64,000 nucleotides of DNA from Candidatus Poribacteria bacterium (GCA_963663765.2 CAXXUA010000015.1:256001-320000); one strand, 5' to 3'. Shown: positions 1 to 10,685, counted from the stretch's first letter. Notes: generated by a model from the sequence alone, not told the origin. Program-made: numbers and translations.

Positions 1-1316
1 GTGGTAGCGTATGAAGCGTGCGGCTCCAGTCTCTCCTCAAAACGGTTATAGAGTGTAACGGTGGTCCATTGAGCCGTTTCATAATTTGGTGCTGGTAGGC
101 CGAGGTTTTCCATTTCTTGTCGCATTTTCCTTGTGCCTTCACTTAAAGCCCGGACCATAGGTTCACCGCGTTCATCTTTCATAATGCGCATCCAATCAAC
201 AATCTTCTGATTTCGCAGCACAGAACTAAGCACTGTATCTGCAAGGCTAAAGTGCCGTGGTACTTCCTGGGGGATGCCACCCGGATTTTCCACCACTAAA
301 CCATTCCGATATGCAATGCAATGAATCGGTGCGTTGACTCCATAATCTCTATGAATAACAGCGTTCACGACTGCTTCATCAACAGCAAAGAGTGGATATT
401 CGGGATCTTCAATGAATCCACCGTTAGAACTCCGTCTTATCATTGTGCGGAAGAGGGCAGAATCTCTAAAAAAGGTTCGCAATTTACGAATAATGTTTGG
501 AAGTGCGCCGTCGAAATCCTTATCAAAGGTTGTCGTGCCACGGTGCCCTGCCTCTTCAACGTCAACTTCAAAACGTAAAACTCTAACATGCGCTGTTGGA
601 AACTTCTTACGAGGATTTGAAGCAAAAAAGAGGTAACCTGCATTAGTGAAAGCGCATTTTTCACCCTCTATTTGCATAATGGCATCTATGTTTAAGAGAA
701 ATGCCTCTGTACTATATTCATATTGGGCCCCTCTTGTTTCAAGAAACGCATTTTTGAATTCCTCAACTACTCCGTTATCAAGTTCATCGGGGTTGTAGGG
801 ACAGCAGTAGGACGTTTCAAAATCAACTACCTTTTTTTCACGTTTAAGTTGTTCACGATCTTGTTCAGTTAATGCAAGGTTTTGTGCGCCAACCCTTTTC
901 CATGCTTTTGGAAAATCTGCGAATGTTTCACAAATAGCATACGGTGTCCACGGGGTATAAAGTAGATGCAATCGTTTTCCATCCGAATTAGGTAATTCCA
1001 CGTCTTGCACCTGTGTTGCGTGGTTACGTAAATCCAATGTGCCTTGTAGGATGCTATTCATCGTTTGTTCATTAACATGCTGTGTGCCTTTGATGGTGCC
1101 ATCGTCATCGATACCAAGAACCAAGAGTCCGCCTTCTCTGTTGCGGTTCGCAAAGGCAGAGATGCACTGCTTAATCTTGTCTCTCAGTGTGCTGATTTGA
1201 TTGTTGGTATCTATCCGAATCTCTTTTCGTTCGAAATACTGCCCCTCAAAATCAGCAGATTGTAGAAAATCAAGATACTCTAAAGGATTATCAAAAACAT
1301 CTTTTGGGTTTGGCAT
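1..1316 (-). CDS. Schlafen/AlbA_2 DNA-binding domain + HATPase_c_4-like (RecG-C type) protein, runs off window edge
   Basis: Manual translation from ATG 1316 (RBS AGAGGT): MPNPKDVFDNPLEYLDFLQSADFEGQYFERKE...ISAFANRNREGGLLVLGIDDDG (AlbA motif), later EYPLFAVDEAVVNAVIHRDY...VENPGG. Confidence 0.85.
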   Translation of the reverse strand, partial: MPNPKDVFDNPLEYLDFLQSADFEGQYFERKEIRIDTNNQISTLRDKIKQCISAFANRNREGGLLVLGIDDDGTIKGTQHVNEQTMNSILQGTLDLRNHATQVQDVELPNSDGKRLHLLYTPWTPYAICETFADFPKAWKRVGAQNLALTEQDREQLKREKKVVDFETSYCCPYNPDELDNGVVEEFKNAFLETRGAQYEYSTEAFLLNIDAIMQIEGEKCAFTNAGYLFFASNPRKKFPTAHVRVLRFEVDVEEAGHRGTTTFDKDFDGALPNIIRKLRTFFRDSALFRTMIRRSSNGGFIEDPEYPLFAVDEAVVNAVIHRDYGVNAPIHCIAYRNGLVVENPGGIPQEVPRHFSLADTVLSSVLRNQKIVDWMRIMKDERGEPMVRALSEGTRKMRQEMENLGLPAPNYETAQWTTVTLYNRFEERLEPHASYAT

Positions 1317-1453
1317 TATGACACCTCTTTGGCGTGTTTTCAAAATTGCGGTAAATTAGTTTATCGTATGCCCACAATTTTAGCACAAACTGTATGCGAA
1401 TTCAAGCGTTTTAGACAGGCAATAGCGACCTGAGGCGCTTATATAAAGCGAAA

Positions 1454-3874
1454 TTAAGAAACTAATTTCTCTGTGAGATCCGTTAGCATATCGTCTAAAT
1501 CATCTCCGAAGAGTTGCATGGCTCTTGCTACACCGCCGCGCTGCGCGAAAGGTGTGAACTCAAAATCATTTATTTGAAAACCGAGTGATGTGGCAATGCA
1601 TTCCTGAATCAATTGAAGCCAGTTTACTTGTTCTGGTGTGAAGTATTTACCCTCTAACCATTCTTCAAAATGTCGGTTGACGATTAAACTAAAAGGTTCT
1701 AAAATACTTGTATATTCCATAGCAAAACGGACTAATGATATGAAGTCTGTTAGCAGTATTGTAGATCCATGAACTCTTTCTGGTGACCTTCTTTGATAAG
1801 CCATCCATAATGACTCACGACTGAGACTGCTGGAATGCTGTTGCAATGCTTGTTTAAGTTCTTTTAAGTTGTCTTCACTCAGTGTACCTTGTAATACTGG
1901 AAGTTCACACAATATTTGTAATGCTGTCAAGTCATCTACATTTTCATGTATAAACCTTTTAAAGTCGTTGATAACATTAGCAGCCTGTGTGAAACTTTCA
2001 GGATCAAATCCTGTTTCAATAACTCTGTCTCTGCTTACATCATCCATGAGTTGGTTAGGGTCTCTTGGAGGAGGTCCGATTGGTTCATTATTTGAAGGTT
2101 CACCTTGTCGCGCTTGTGAATCAGTTTTAACGGATTCATAGACACCGATAGCATCAACGATAATGAAATGGGTTTTTGCAGTCGCATCACTCGTCACAGA
2201 ACGTAGATCGTCGTTATTGATCGTCCGTACCCCTCTCCCGATCATCTGCTCAAAATATCCACTTGATCGGACAGACCGCATAAAGACTAAACACTCAAGC
2301 GGTTTAATATCGGTGCCGGTAGAAATCATGTCTACACTTACAGCAATACGTGGATTGAATTGTGTGCGAAATTGCCTGATCAGATCCTCAGGTTTATCGC
2401 TTGTGTAGGTGATCTTTTGGCAAAAATCATCGCCTCTTGCAAAAACTTCACGGACAATCCTGACAATATCTTCTGCATGGAAATCGTGTTTTGCAAAAAT
2501 AAGTGTTTTCGGCACTTTCACCCTACTTTGAAAGAGTTCTGTGAAGAGTACGTCCTTGAAAGTCCGAATAACTGTACGAATCTGGTCTTCTGCTACTACC
2601 TCCCGATCTAATTGATTTCCTGTATACGTTTCATCTTCAACTAACTGCTCCCATGTAAGTCTGCGCGTCTCTCGATCCCGTCTTGCGACATAACTTCCCT
2701 CCGCAACTGTGCTACCGCTTTCCGTGATTTCGGTTTTAATCCGATAAACGTAATAACCGACATTTACTTTGTCTTCAATAGCCTGTTCGTGTCGGTATTC
2801 ATAAACAAGATTCTGATTGAAAAAGTTGAGCGTTTGTGAGTATGGTGTTGCTGTGAGACCGAGAATGAAAGCGTCAAAATATTCTAATACATGCCGCCAT
2901 TTACCGTAAATAGAACGGTGGCATTCATCAACGATGATAAGATCAAATGTATCAATAGGAATGTTCGGATTATAGATAACTTCTTGGGATGGTGATTCTT
3001 CTGTTTCCTGTTCAAAAGTGGAACTTTCCTCATCATCCGACTCGTATTCAGTGTCATCTGTCAGCATTGAGTAGAGACGTTGGATAGTGGTAATACAGAC
3101 AGCACTTGCTTCGTCAATTACGTTGCTGGAAAGGTGTTGAACGATATATAAATCAGTAAATTTCCTGACATCATCGGGGGTTGTGTAATTTTGAAACTCA
3201 CGTAGTGCTTGTCTACCAAGATTGTTGCGGTCTACTAAAAAAAGAACGCGTTTGACATTAGCAAATTTGATAAGTCGGTATACACTGCTAACTGCGACAT
3301 AGGTTTTTCCGCTGCCTGTTGCCATTTGGATTAAGGTGCGTGGGTGAGATTCTAAAAAGGATTTTTCAAGTACAGTAATTGCGTTAAACTGGCAATCCCA
3401 GAGATTACCTTGTACTAATTCATGTTCAAGGAGATTCTCTTTAAGTCTCTGCCGAAGGGTTTTGGGTTGAAGTGCGTCTCGGAGTGCCTGTGGAGTATGG
3501 AATGTAAATACTGGTCGGGAACTGGAGTCTGGGTCACGTTTATCCTGAAAATAGGTCTCCACGCCAGTAGATGCGTATAGAAAAGGGCATCCCTGTAACG
3601 TTGGCAAAGTATCGGGTAGACTGGCGTGATACCGTTCTGCTTGTTGGAGTGCACCCCCAAGCGTCTTGCCTTCTTTTTTTGCTTCTATGATGCCAACTGC
3701 AACCTCATTGATAAAAAGAAGATAATCTGCACTCTGATCGTCTTGCAACGGATATTCGCGGACAACAACACTAAGAGGAGCATCTGTTGCACGTTCAGCA
3801 TAATTCTGGATCTGCCATCCTGACGCTTCCAGCATGCTATCAATGTTTTGGCGTGCGTCACGTTCATTTTTCAT
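1454..3874 (-). CDS. hsdR: Type I restriction enzyme R subunit (EcoAI-like)
   Basis: ADYLL...IIEAKK nuclease motif, MATGSGKT Walker A, DECH box, QMIGRGVR motif VI, EcoEI_R-like C-terminus. Confidence 0.9.
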   Translation of the reverse strand: MKNERDARQNIDSMLEASGWQIQNYAERATDAPLSVVVREYPLQDDQSADYLLFINEVAVGIIEAKKEGKTLGGALQQAERYHASLPDTLPTLQGCPFLYASTGVETYFQDKRDPDSSSRPVFTFHTPQALRDALQPKTLRQRLKENLLEHELVQGNLWDCQFNAITVLEKSFLESHPRTLIQMATGSGKTYVAVSSVYRLIKFANVKRVLFLVDRNNLGRQALREFQNYTTPDDVRKFTDLYIVQHLSSNVIDEASAVCITTIQRLYSMLTDDTEYESDDEESSTFEQETEESPSQEVIYNPNIPIDTFDLIIVDECHRSIYGKWRHVLEYFDAFILGLTATPYSQTLNFFNQNLVYEYRHEQAIEDKVNVGYYVYRIKTEITESGSTVAEGSYVARRDRETRRLTWEQLVEDETYTGNQLDREVVAEDQIRTVIRTFKDVLFTELFQSRVKVPKTLIFAKHDFHAEDIVRIVREVFARGDDFCQKITYTSDKPEDLIRQFRTQFNPRIAVSVDMISTGTDIKPLECLVFMRSVRSSGYFEQMIGRGVRTINNDDLRSVTSDATAKTHFIIVDAIGVYESVKTDSQARQGEPSNNEPIGPPPRDPNQLMDDVSRDRVIETGFDPESFTQAANVINDFKRFIHENVDDLTALQILCELPVLQGTLSEDNLKELKQALQQHSSSLSRESLWMAYQRRSPERVHGSTILLTDFISLVRFAMEYTSILEPFSLIVNRHFEEWLEGKYFTPEQVNWLQLIQECIATSLGFQINDFEFTPFAQRGGVARAMQLFGDDLDDMLTDLTEKLVS

Positions 3875-3926
3875 CTATGGTATGGTTTTGGACGGGTACA
3901 AAGACCCGTCCCTAAGGTTATTATAT

Positions 3927-4082
3927 AGGACTTACGCAGTTTTCTTGATTTAATCAAGAATTATGATGAAAATGATGTAATTATCAGCATTTTTATAGGG
4001 TTACAGCGCGCTTACAAAGCACCAAATCAACGGTATGAATGCCATTTAGGCATTCACCGCCTACCGTTTTTGCGTAAGTCCT
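3927..4082. mobile_element. MITE-like repeat family A, copy 1 (TIR AGGACTTACGCA)
   Basis: AGGACTTACGCA...TGCGTAAGTCCT ends; interior homologous to copies at 10565, 20885, 57231, 59807. Confidence 0.8.
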
Positions 4083-4096
4083 GTTATAGGTAGAAC

Positions 4097-4852
4097 CTAT
4101 ACATTACAGACATCATAAGCATGTTGCATTGCGTCAAACGCATCACCTTTGGGACTAAACTCGTGTCCGACATAAAGGTCGTAGTCTGTCTTTGCGATAG
4201 CACGCATCACGGCAGGATAATAGATTTCCTGTTCATCATCAAGATCGCGACGTCCTGGGTTTCCTGCAGTATGGAAATGTCCGATATATTTAATGTAGTC
4301 CGTGATATTACGGATGAGGTCACCTTCCATAATCTGCATGTGGTAGATGTCGTGAAGTAGAAGTGCACGCGGTGAATCGATCCCTTTACAGACTTCAACA
4401 CCCCACACTGTTTTGTCACACTGATAATCGGGATGGTTGACTTTGCTATTGAGTAGTTCAATGCACAAGTTGACACCCTTTTCCTCAGCAGCTTTGGTAA
4501 CACGCGACATTCCAGCAATCGTATTGTCACGACCTTCTTCATCGGATCTTCCTTCTCTATTACCTGAAAAACAGATGAGACCGGGGATGTCGTTTTCCGC
4601 TGCGATGTCAATGTTTTTAAGCAGTTCATCTTCAATCCTGTCGTGGTTATCCGGATTGTTCAATCCTGATGGAAGCGATGAATGTCCAACGATGATCGCA
4701 ACCCGCATTCCATTGTCTTTCACAACGGACCAGAGATCTGCAGGTAGCATCTCAACAGATTTATAGCCGATTTCTGCAGCTTTTTTTATCACATCTACGG
4801 GGTCTCTGTCTCGACGGAAACCACCAAAACAGATGGATTGATTAATAGGCAT
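4097..4852 (-). CDS. Hydroxypyruvate isomerase-like TIM-barrel (AP_endonuc_2) protein
   Basis: IELLNSKVNHPDY, DIYHMQIMEGD, GHFHTAGNPGR, GHEF motifs; ATG 4852 preferred over the upstream GTG. Confidence 0.85.
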   Translation of the reverse strand: MPINQSICFGGFRRDRDPVDVIKKAAEIGYKSVEMLPADLWSVVKDNGMRVAIIVGHSSLPSGLNNPDNHDRIEDELLKNIDIAAENDIPGLICFSGNREGRSDEEGRDNTIAGMSRVTKAAEEKGVNLCIELLNSKVNHPDYQCDKTVWGVEVCKGIDSPRALLLHDIYHMQIMEGDLIRNITDYIKYIGHFHTAGNPGRRDLDDEQEIYYPAVMRAIAKTDYDLYVGHEFSPKGDAFDAMQHAYDVCNV

Positions 4853-4951
4853 AATAGTATCTCTCTTTGCTAAGAGGCAGCAATTCACTGCCCCAATATC
4901 TTGTTAATTGATTTTGTGTGAATTTACACACTAAGCTTGAATTATGATTGT

Positions 4952-5917
4952 TTAAAGGTCAATAGCTTTACCGGTTCTGAATGATGTACTTGCAGCCAGC
5001 ATGATGCGAAGCGTTTGTAATGCATCGCTATATGGTGATAAGATTTCTGAATCATCCCCGCTCTTGACAGCATCAATGAAGACACGGTCGCGGTCTTTTC
5101 CACCACCACCTTGTAGTGGTTCTGTTTCTCCTGAACGGTTCACGTTGTTGGGTCCACCGACGGTAACAACCAATCCTCGTGTGAATACCTCAAGATGTAC
5201 CCGTCCGAAGCCTTGCATTGCACATGCTGAAACGATATTAGCGACAGCACCATTCTCAAACTCGATGTTCACCATACTGATGTCGTCAACGTCGTAGTTT
5301 TCCACGTGGGTCATACTACCGCTGTTAGCAACACCGTGTACGGTTTTACCATCACTGTCAACGAGAAAACGGCATAGGTCAAAGATATGGGTTGTTTGCT
5401 CAACGTGCTGTCCACCAGATTGCGCACGAACACGCCACCATGGCGTTCCTGGCATACCACCTATCCAATAGCCGAGTGCACCAAGTATCTGGGGTTGTTC
5501 ACCCAGCATTTTCTTGGCGTTTTGTGCATTACCGCCATACCGCCAATGATAACCTACACTTGTGATAACACCAGTTTCTTTGATGTAGTCATTGATGATA
5601 ATTGCAGGTTCAAGTTCACTATGTATCGGTTTTTCAATGAACATTGCGATGCCTTTTTCACAAGCGATTCGTTCCTGTTCACCGTGTGCAAACGGAGGCG
5701 TGCAAATATAAACTGCATCCAGTTCCTCTTTATCGTACATCACACGGAAATCGGAGTAAGCGTTACCGCCGTACTCTTCGGCGCGTCCTTTAGCACGGTC
5801 TTCAGAAATGTCGCACATCGCGCAAAATTCAACATCTTCAAAGTTATCTTTCAGGTTACGCATGTGCGCTCCTGCCATGCCACCTGTTCCAATAAAACCG
5901 AGTTTAACTTTATCCAT
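4952..5917 (-). CDS. Gfo/Idh/MocA family oxidoreductase
   Basis: GFIGTGGMA Rossmann motif, ICTPPFAH, EKP, GG..VEQTTHIFD. Confidence 0.9.
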   Translation of the reverse strand: MDKVKLGFIGTGGMAGAHMRNLKDNFEDVEFCAMCDISEDRAKGRAEEYGGNAYSDFRVMYDKEELDAVYICTPPFAHGEQERIACEKGIAMFIEKPIHSELEPAIIINDYIKETGVITSVGYHWRYGGNAQNAKKMLGEQPQILGALGYWIGGMPGTPWWRVRAQSGGQHVEQTTHIFDLCRFLVDSDGKTVHGVANSGSMTHVENYDVDDISMVNIEFENGAVANIVSACAMQGFGRVHLEVFTRGLVVTVGGPNNVNRSGETEPLQGGGGKDRDRVFIDAVKSGDDSEILSPYSDALQTLRIMLAASTSFRTGKAIDL

Positions 5918-6070
5918 ACTTTCTCCTTAAAGATTAGGTCGTAACGAAAAATCCATAAAATTTTTAATAGTTTATCAAATATGAACATTTATTGCAAGCA
6001 ATATGAATATCTGATATAATAATTTAGGTGAATTATCAGACAAAAAATAGACCCCAACAGGAGATAATAT

Positions 6071-6862
6071 ATGGGTTTTAAATTTGGATATAGCACGTTA
6101 CGTTGGCAACAACCAGATTTTGAGCAGTTATTAACACAGCTAAAGGATGCTGGTTGGGATGGTTGGGAGATGCGACAATCCTTAGAGTGGGCAGGAACAC
6201 CGAGACGTATACGCCGGATGTGTGAGAATGTTGATATGCCGGTCGCAGCTGTTACAGCACGAGGGTTACCGATTGACAAAAACTATGAGCAGATGGAAAT
6301 CAATAAGCGAAGAATTGATTTTGCAGCAGAGGTAGGAGCAGATTGTTTCATGTTTATGGGGGCAGGAAAACCGAAAGACCGACCTATTGACAACGCCGAG
6401 CTTGCGAAACTCGCTGATGTTTCCGAAGAATGGGCAGAATATGCATCACGATACGGATTAGAAGTCTGTTATCATATCCATACCAACACCACAGTGGATT
6501 CAATAGAAGATTGGGCAAAATATATGAGCCTACTTCGTAAATGCAAACTGTGCATAGACGTGTCACATTCAGCACTATGGGGATTTGATCCGATTGAATC
6601 AATTCAGCGATATAAAGATGTACTTGTGTATGTTCATCTACAAGATTATTCAGGTTACACAGGTGGGAATGGAAGTACCTACAATGTGGATTGGGTTGAT
6701 GTGGGTGGAGGAGATGTGATGGATTTTCCCGGTATTATGTCAACATTGGAAGAGCTAAACTTTGACCGATGGATTACTGCATGTCCGGGCACAGTGGAAG
6801 ACCGCACAGATGAAGAACGTATGACAGTTAATCGTGAATATTTGCAGCAATTGGGATATTAA
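6071..6862 (+). CDS. Sugar phosphate isomerase/epimerase (IolE-like TIM barrel)
   Basis: YHIH, CIDVSH, YVHLQD, VGGG..DF motifs; RBS GGAG. Confidence 0.8.
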   Translation: MGFKFGYSTLRWQQPDFEQLLTQLKDAGWDGWEMRQSLEWAGTPRRIRRMCENVDMPVAAVTARGLPIDKNYEQMEINKRRIDFAAEVGADCFMFMGAGKPKDRPIDNAELAKLADVSEEWAEYASRYGLEVCYHIHTNTTVDSIEDWAKYMSLLRKCKLCIDVSHSALWGFDPIESIQRYKDVLVYVHLQDYSGYTGGNGSTYNVDWVDVGGGDVMDFPGIMSTLEELNFDRWITACPGTVEDRTDEERMTVNREYLQQLGY

Positions 6863-6883
6863 AAGGAATAGGAGACAAAATAC

Positions 6884-8701
6884 ATGAATGAATCGGGTGG
6901 TGAAATCCGCTCTATCCTTGCCACAGATTGTGGCAGCACAACGACAAAAGCAATTCTCATTGAAAAGCGCGGTGATGAGTATCAACTTATTGTGCGCGGT
7001 GAAGCTCCAACCACTGTTGAAGCACCTGTTGAAGATGTAACTGCAGGTGTCATCAATGCTATCACAGAAGTTGAAGAACTTGCTGGACGCAAGTTGCTTG
7101 ATAATGGTGTGATCATCAAACCACAAAACGGAGATACAGGCGTTGATATTTATATATCCACCAGTAGTGCGGGGGGTGGGTTGCAAATGATGGTTGCAGG
7201 TGTTGTACGTAATATGACTGGGGAGAGTGCTGAACGGGCAGCACTTGGCGCAGGGGCAATAGTAATGGATGTAATTGCCTCAAATGATAAACGTTTACCA
7301 CATGAAAAAATAGAGCGGATACGACAGTTACGTCCTGATATGTTTCTACTTTCAGGAGGTATTGATGGAGGTACTACCTCACATGTAGTAGAATTGGCAG
7401 AGATCATTGCAGCGGCGCGCCCACAACCACGACTCGGGATTGCGTATGAACTGCCACTGATCTATGCGGGGAATAAAGACGCTCGTGAATTGATTACTGA
7501 GCGTTTAGACGATGTGATGGCATTGCAAATAGTGGACAATCTCCGACCAGTTTTGGAACGTGAAGACCTAATGCCAACGCGTCACAAGATTCAGCAGCAG
7601 TTCCTTGAACACGTGATGGCACAAGCACCGGGTTATAAAAAACTTATTGATTGGACAGATGCCCCGATCATGCCAACCCCTGGGGCAGTCGGTGAAATCA
7701 TTCAGACCGTTTCATCACAACAGGATATTCAAGTCGTTGGTGTTGACATCGGTGGTGCTACAACCGATGTGTTTTCGGTATTCAAAAACCGTGATGCTGA
7801 AGCGATTTTCAACCGTACCGTGAGTGCTAACCTCGGCATGAGTTATAGTGTCTCCAATGTGCTTGCTGAAGCAGGGATTAACAATGTCATGCGATGGGTG
7901 CCTTTTGATATTGAAGTGGGTGACCTACGAAATCGTGTCAAAAACAAAATGATCCGTCCGACTACGATACCACAAACCTTACAGGAATTGGTTTTAGAAC
8001 AGGCAATTGCAAGAGAAGCACTCAGGTTGGCTTTTGAACAGCATAAACAGTTGGCTGTGGAATTGCGTGGTGTGCAACAGCAACGTACAATCTCTGAAGC
8101 ATTTGAACAAGCAGGGAGTGGACAGACACTCGTGAATATGCTAACCTTAGATATGCTTGTTGGTAGTGGAGGCGTTTTATCACATGCACCACGACGTCAG
8201 CAGTCAATGTTAATGATGATTGATGCATTTCAACCTGAAGGTGTAACACATCTTGCAGTAGATAGCATTTTTATGATGCCTCAACTTGGTGTGTTAGCAC
8301 AAGTCAATGTTGAAGCGGCGACACATGTTTTTGAACGTGATTGTCTGATTCATCTTGGAACTTGTATTGCACCCATTGGTACTGGTAAAGATGGAGAAAC
8401 ATGCTTGTCCTTAGAACTTAACATTCCCGATAAATCCACTGTGAGTGAAGAAATTCCGTTTGGAGAACTTCGTTTATATCCTCTCAATATCGGTGAACAA
8501 GCCTCTGTGAAACTCCAACCTTCACGTAAGTATGATATGGGGGCTGGACGGGGAACCCTTGTAGAAACAACTGCAATGGGTGGCGTGGTTGGACTGGTTA
8601 TTGATACCCGCGGAAGACCCCTTGAAATACCAACGGATTCTACAAGACGCGTGGAACAGTTGACAGAATGGCAGGAAGCATTGGACACATATCCAACATA
8701 A
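6884..8701 (+). CDS. Glutamate mutase L (GlmL/MutL) family actin-fold ATPase
   Basis: TDCGSTTTKA, TSSAGGGL, LSGGIDGG, MPTP, VDIGGATTDVFS, RTVSANLGM. Confidence 0.85.
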   Translation: MNESGGEIRSILATDCGSTTTKAILIEKRGDEYQLIVRGEAPTTVEAPVEDVTAGVINAITEVEELAGRKLLDNGVIIKPQNGDTGVDIYISTSSAGGGLQMMVAGVVRNMTGESAERAALGAGAIVMDVIASNDKRLPHEKIERIRQLRPDMFLLSGGIDGGTTSHVVELAEIIAAARPQPRLGIAYELPLIYAGNKDARELITERLDDVMALQIVDNLRPVLEREDLMPTRHKIQQQFLEHVMAQAPGYKKLIDWTDAPIMPTPGAVGEIIQTVSSQQDIQVVGVDIGGATTDVFSVFKNRDAEAIFNRTVSANLGMSYSVSNVLAEAGINNVMRWVPFDIEVGDLRNRVKNKMIRPTTIPQTLQELVLEQAIAREALRLAFEQHKQLAVELRGVQQQRTISEAFEQAGSGQTLVNMLTLDMLVGSGGVLSHAPRRQQSMLMMIDAFQPEGVTHLAVDSIFMMPQLGVLAQVNVEAATHVFERDCLIHLGTCIAPIGTGKDGETCLSLELNIPDKSTVSEEIPFGELRLYPLNIGEQASVKLQPSRKYDMGAGRGTLVETTAMGGVVGLVIDTRGRPLEIPTDSTRRVEQLTEWQEALDTYPT

Positions 8702-9037
8702 TAAGAAACCTTTGATTGACACCTATTGAACGGTACAATAGATTGCTAAGGTTTGTGAATCGGTGAACACATCTAAGAATTATAATTTATTACTTTACAA
8801 AATATCAGATAAATGGTATTATACTGTTGTATTCAACAAATCATAATATATACCTACATATTATGGTAGTCACCCCAAAACAAGAATACAATATTGGGAC
8901 GATTTTCCCATCTACAGAAGTGAAAATTATCATTTACGACAGATATTGTTTTCACTTCATACTCTTTATTCATAGGGGATAATTTTATATTCAATTATTT
9001 TGATTGTAGTTCTAACATATTATTAAGGAGAAAAAAT

Positions 9038-9868
9038 ATGAAACTTAAACACTTTTTTTTCATAACAATTGTGTTTTGTATTGGTTTGGGATTAAGTGTC
9101 ACGGACTTTGTATACGCTGTAGGTGAAGCGAATGTTAAAGGTGGACCTTTGGAAGAAGCTGAATTTTTCCAAAATCCACCAGGTATAATCGACGAAGACC
9201 ATTCAGGTTTTAACACATGGATCAGCAAATGGTACGGCCCTAGTGGTAACTACACAGAGAGTGGTGGTCCGGGGTCAGTCATAAAGCGGGATCTTATTGA
9301 TGAGGGAACTAACGGAGAACTGACGCAGGAAGAACTCTCCACACTTGCCGGTTTGCAGAAGACACAAAACAAAGTTACAGATATTAATTGGGATAATCAC
9401 GGAGGTACCCGTGAATGGACTGTCTTTGAACTGGATCCAAACAGTGATAACAACATGAATAGAGGTGGTCCTGCTGATAACATAGACATCTATGGGATCA
9501 TAGTGATTGACTCACCCAAGACTATGACATCTGTGATGTCCCCCGCACACGATAATAACGCCCAGATATGGATCAATGGGGAAAAATGGTACTACCATTC
9601 TGAATGGACTGGTGCTGCAAAAAAGGTTGACTATAACGTTGAAATTGAGTTACAAAAAGGAGCTAATGTACTTCTATATCGCGTGAGTGAAGGTGGTGGC
9701 GGTGCATACATGAATTTGCATTTTGACGATGCAACACATGATGCAGTTGATATCTATCCGGACAAAGCTACAGATAAAGCAAGTTTTTTCACTGAAATCG
9801 CTGGTGTGCTTCCAGTAGAACCCAGAGGAAAACTTACTTCAATTTGGGCAGATATTAAGAGAAAATAG
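9038..9868 (+). CDS. Secreted protein with C-terminal VEPRGKLTSIWADIK tail
   Basis: N-terminal signal peptide; RBS AAGGAG; WING..ELQKGANVLL beta-sandwich segment; C-terminal motif shared with 36233. Confidence 0.75.
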   Translation: MKLKHFFFITIVFCIGLGLSVTDFVYAVGEANVKGGPLEEAEFFQNPPGIIDEDHSGFNTWISKWYGPSGNYTESGGPGSVIKRDLIDEGTNGELTQEELSTLAGLQKTQNKVTDINWDNHGGTREWTVFELDPNSDNNMNRGGPADNIDIYGIIVIDSPKTMTSVMSPAHDNNAQIWINGEKWYYHSEWTGAAKKVDYNVEIELQKGANVLLYRVSEGGGGAYMNLHFDDATHDAVDIYPDKATDKASFFTEIAGVLPVEPRGKLTSIWADIKRK

Positions 9869-9953
9869 TTTACATTCAATTACTTTACTGTAATTGGACA
9901 ATCACAAGTTAATTCTGTGTGTCCATTTCTACAGTAACGTATGAACTAAACAA

Positions 9954-9990
9954 AATTGGGCAACATACGACACACTTATGTTGCCCAATT
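9954..9990 (+). terminator. Stem-loop downstream of 9038-9868, probable terminator
   Basis: AATTGGGCAACATA-N9-TATGTTGCCCAATT perfect 14-bp stem. Confidence 0.55.
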
Positions 9991-10391
9991 CTATGTTGAA
10001 TAAAAGAAAATTTTGGAAAAGTTTTGTGTGCATTACCTTACCCATCCTAAAATCCTTGGTTTTGCAGTGTTTTTAGCACGATATTGTCATAATCACCAAA
10101 TCAAGGGAATGAAAGCCTTTTGGTATACCTACCCTTGAATTGACATAATCAGTGCCTTCAAAGCATTCAGTGTTCTTGACAATACAGTATTCAGCCGTAA
10201 GAAATCAAATAATTGATAGCAGATAGCCGATAACCGATCTCACAAACCCATTGTAAACCTATTGAAAATCCTGGTTCAGATAAAGAATGAGTTAATTCCC
10301 AAAAAATAAGAAAACTCAATGAATAACGAATGTGATAGAATTTATTCAATAAATTGAAGACTGAATAACCCTGCCCAATAATTTAGATTAA

Positions 10392-10420
10392 TTGACTTCA
10401 AGCTATAGACCATGTATAAT
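10392..10420 (+). promoter_or_regulatory. sigma70-type promoter
   Basis: TTGACT-N17-TATAAT. Confidence 0.55.
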
Positions 10421-10564
10421 AAACAATAATAAACACAAACTTAAATGAGGCGGACGTATGTCAGGTTAGAATACCTATCTATCGGATTGAGTTCTGCATG
10501 TGTCCCAACTCATAAAACCAGCAAGTAATTACAATAGATTTATTACATCCATCATAAAACCTAT

Positions 10565-10685
10565 AGGACTTACGCAATTTTCATGATTTGATGAAGAATT
10601 ATGACGAAAATGTTGTAATTTTCAGCATTTTTTCGGTTTCCAGCGCGCTTACAAAGCACGCCTACCGTTGGGGAGCGTAAGTACT
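10565..10685. mobile_element. MITE-like repeat family A, copy 2 (lacks the 36-nt insert)
   Basis: AGGACTTACGCA...AGCGTAAGTACT; contains uninterrupted GCGCGCTTACAAAGCACGCCTAC. Confidence 0.75.

Noticed and set aside
10445-10565. Small gene after promoter 10392 (GAGG...ATG TCA GGT TAG)
   Set aside because: Stops after three codons with no recognisable homology; cannot be supported.
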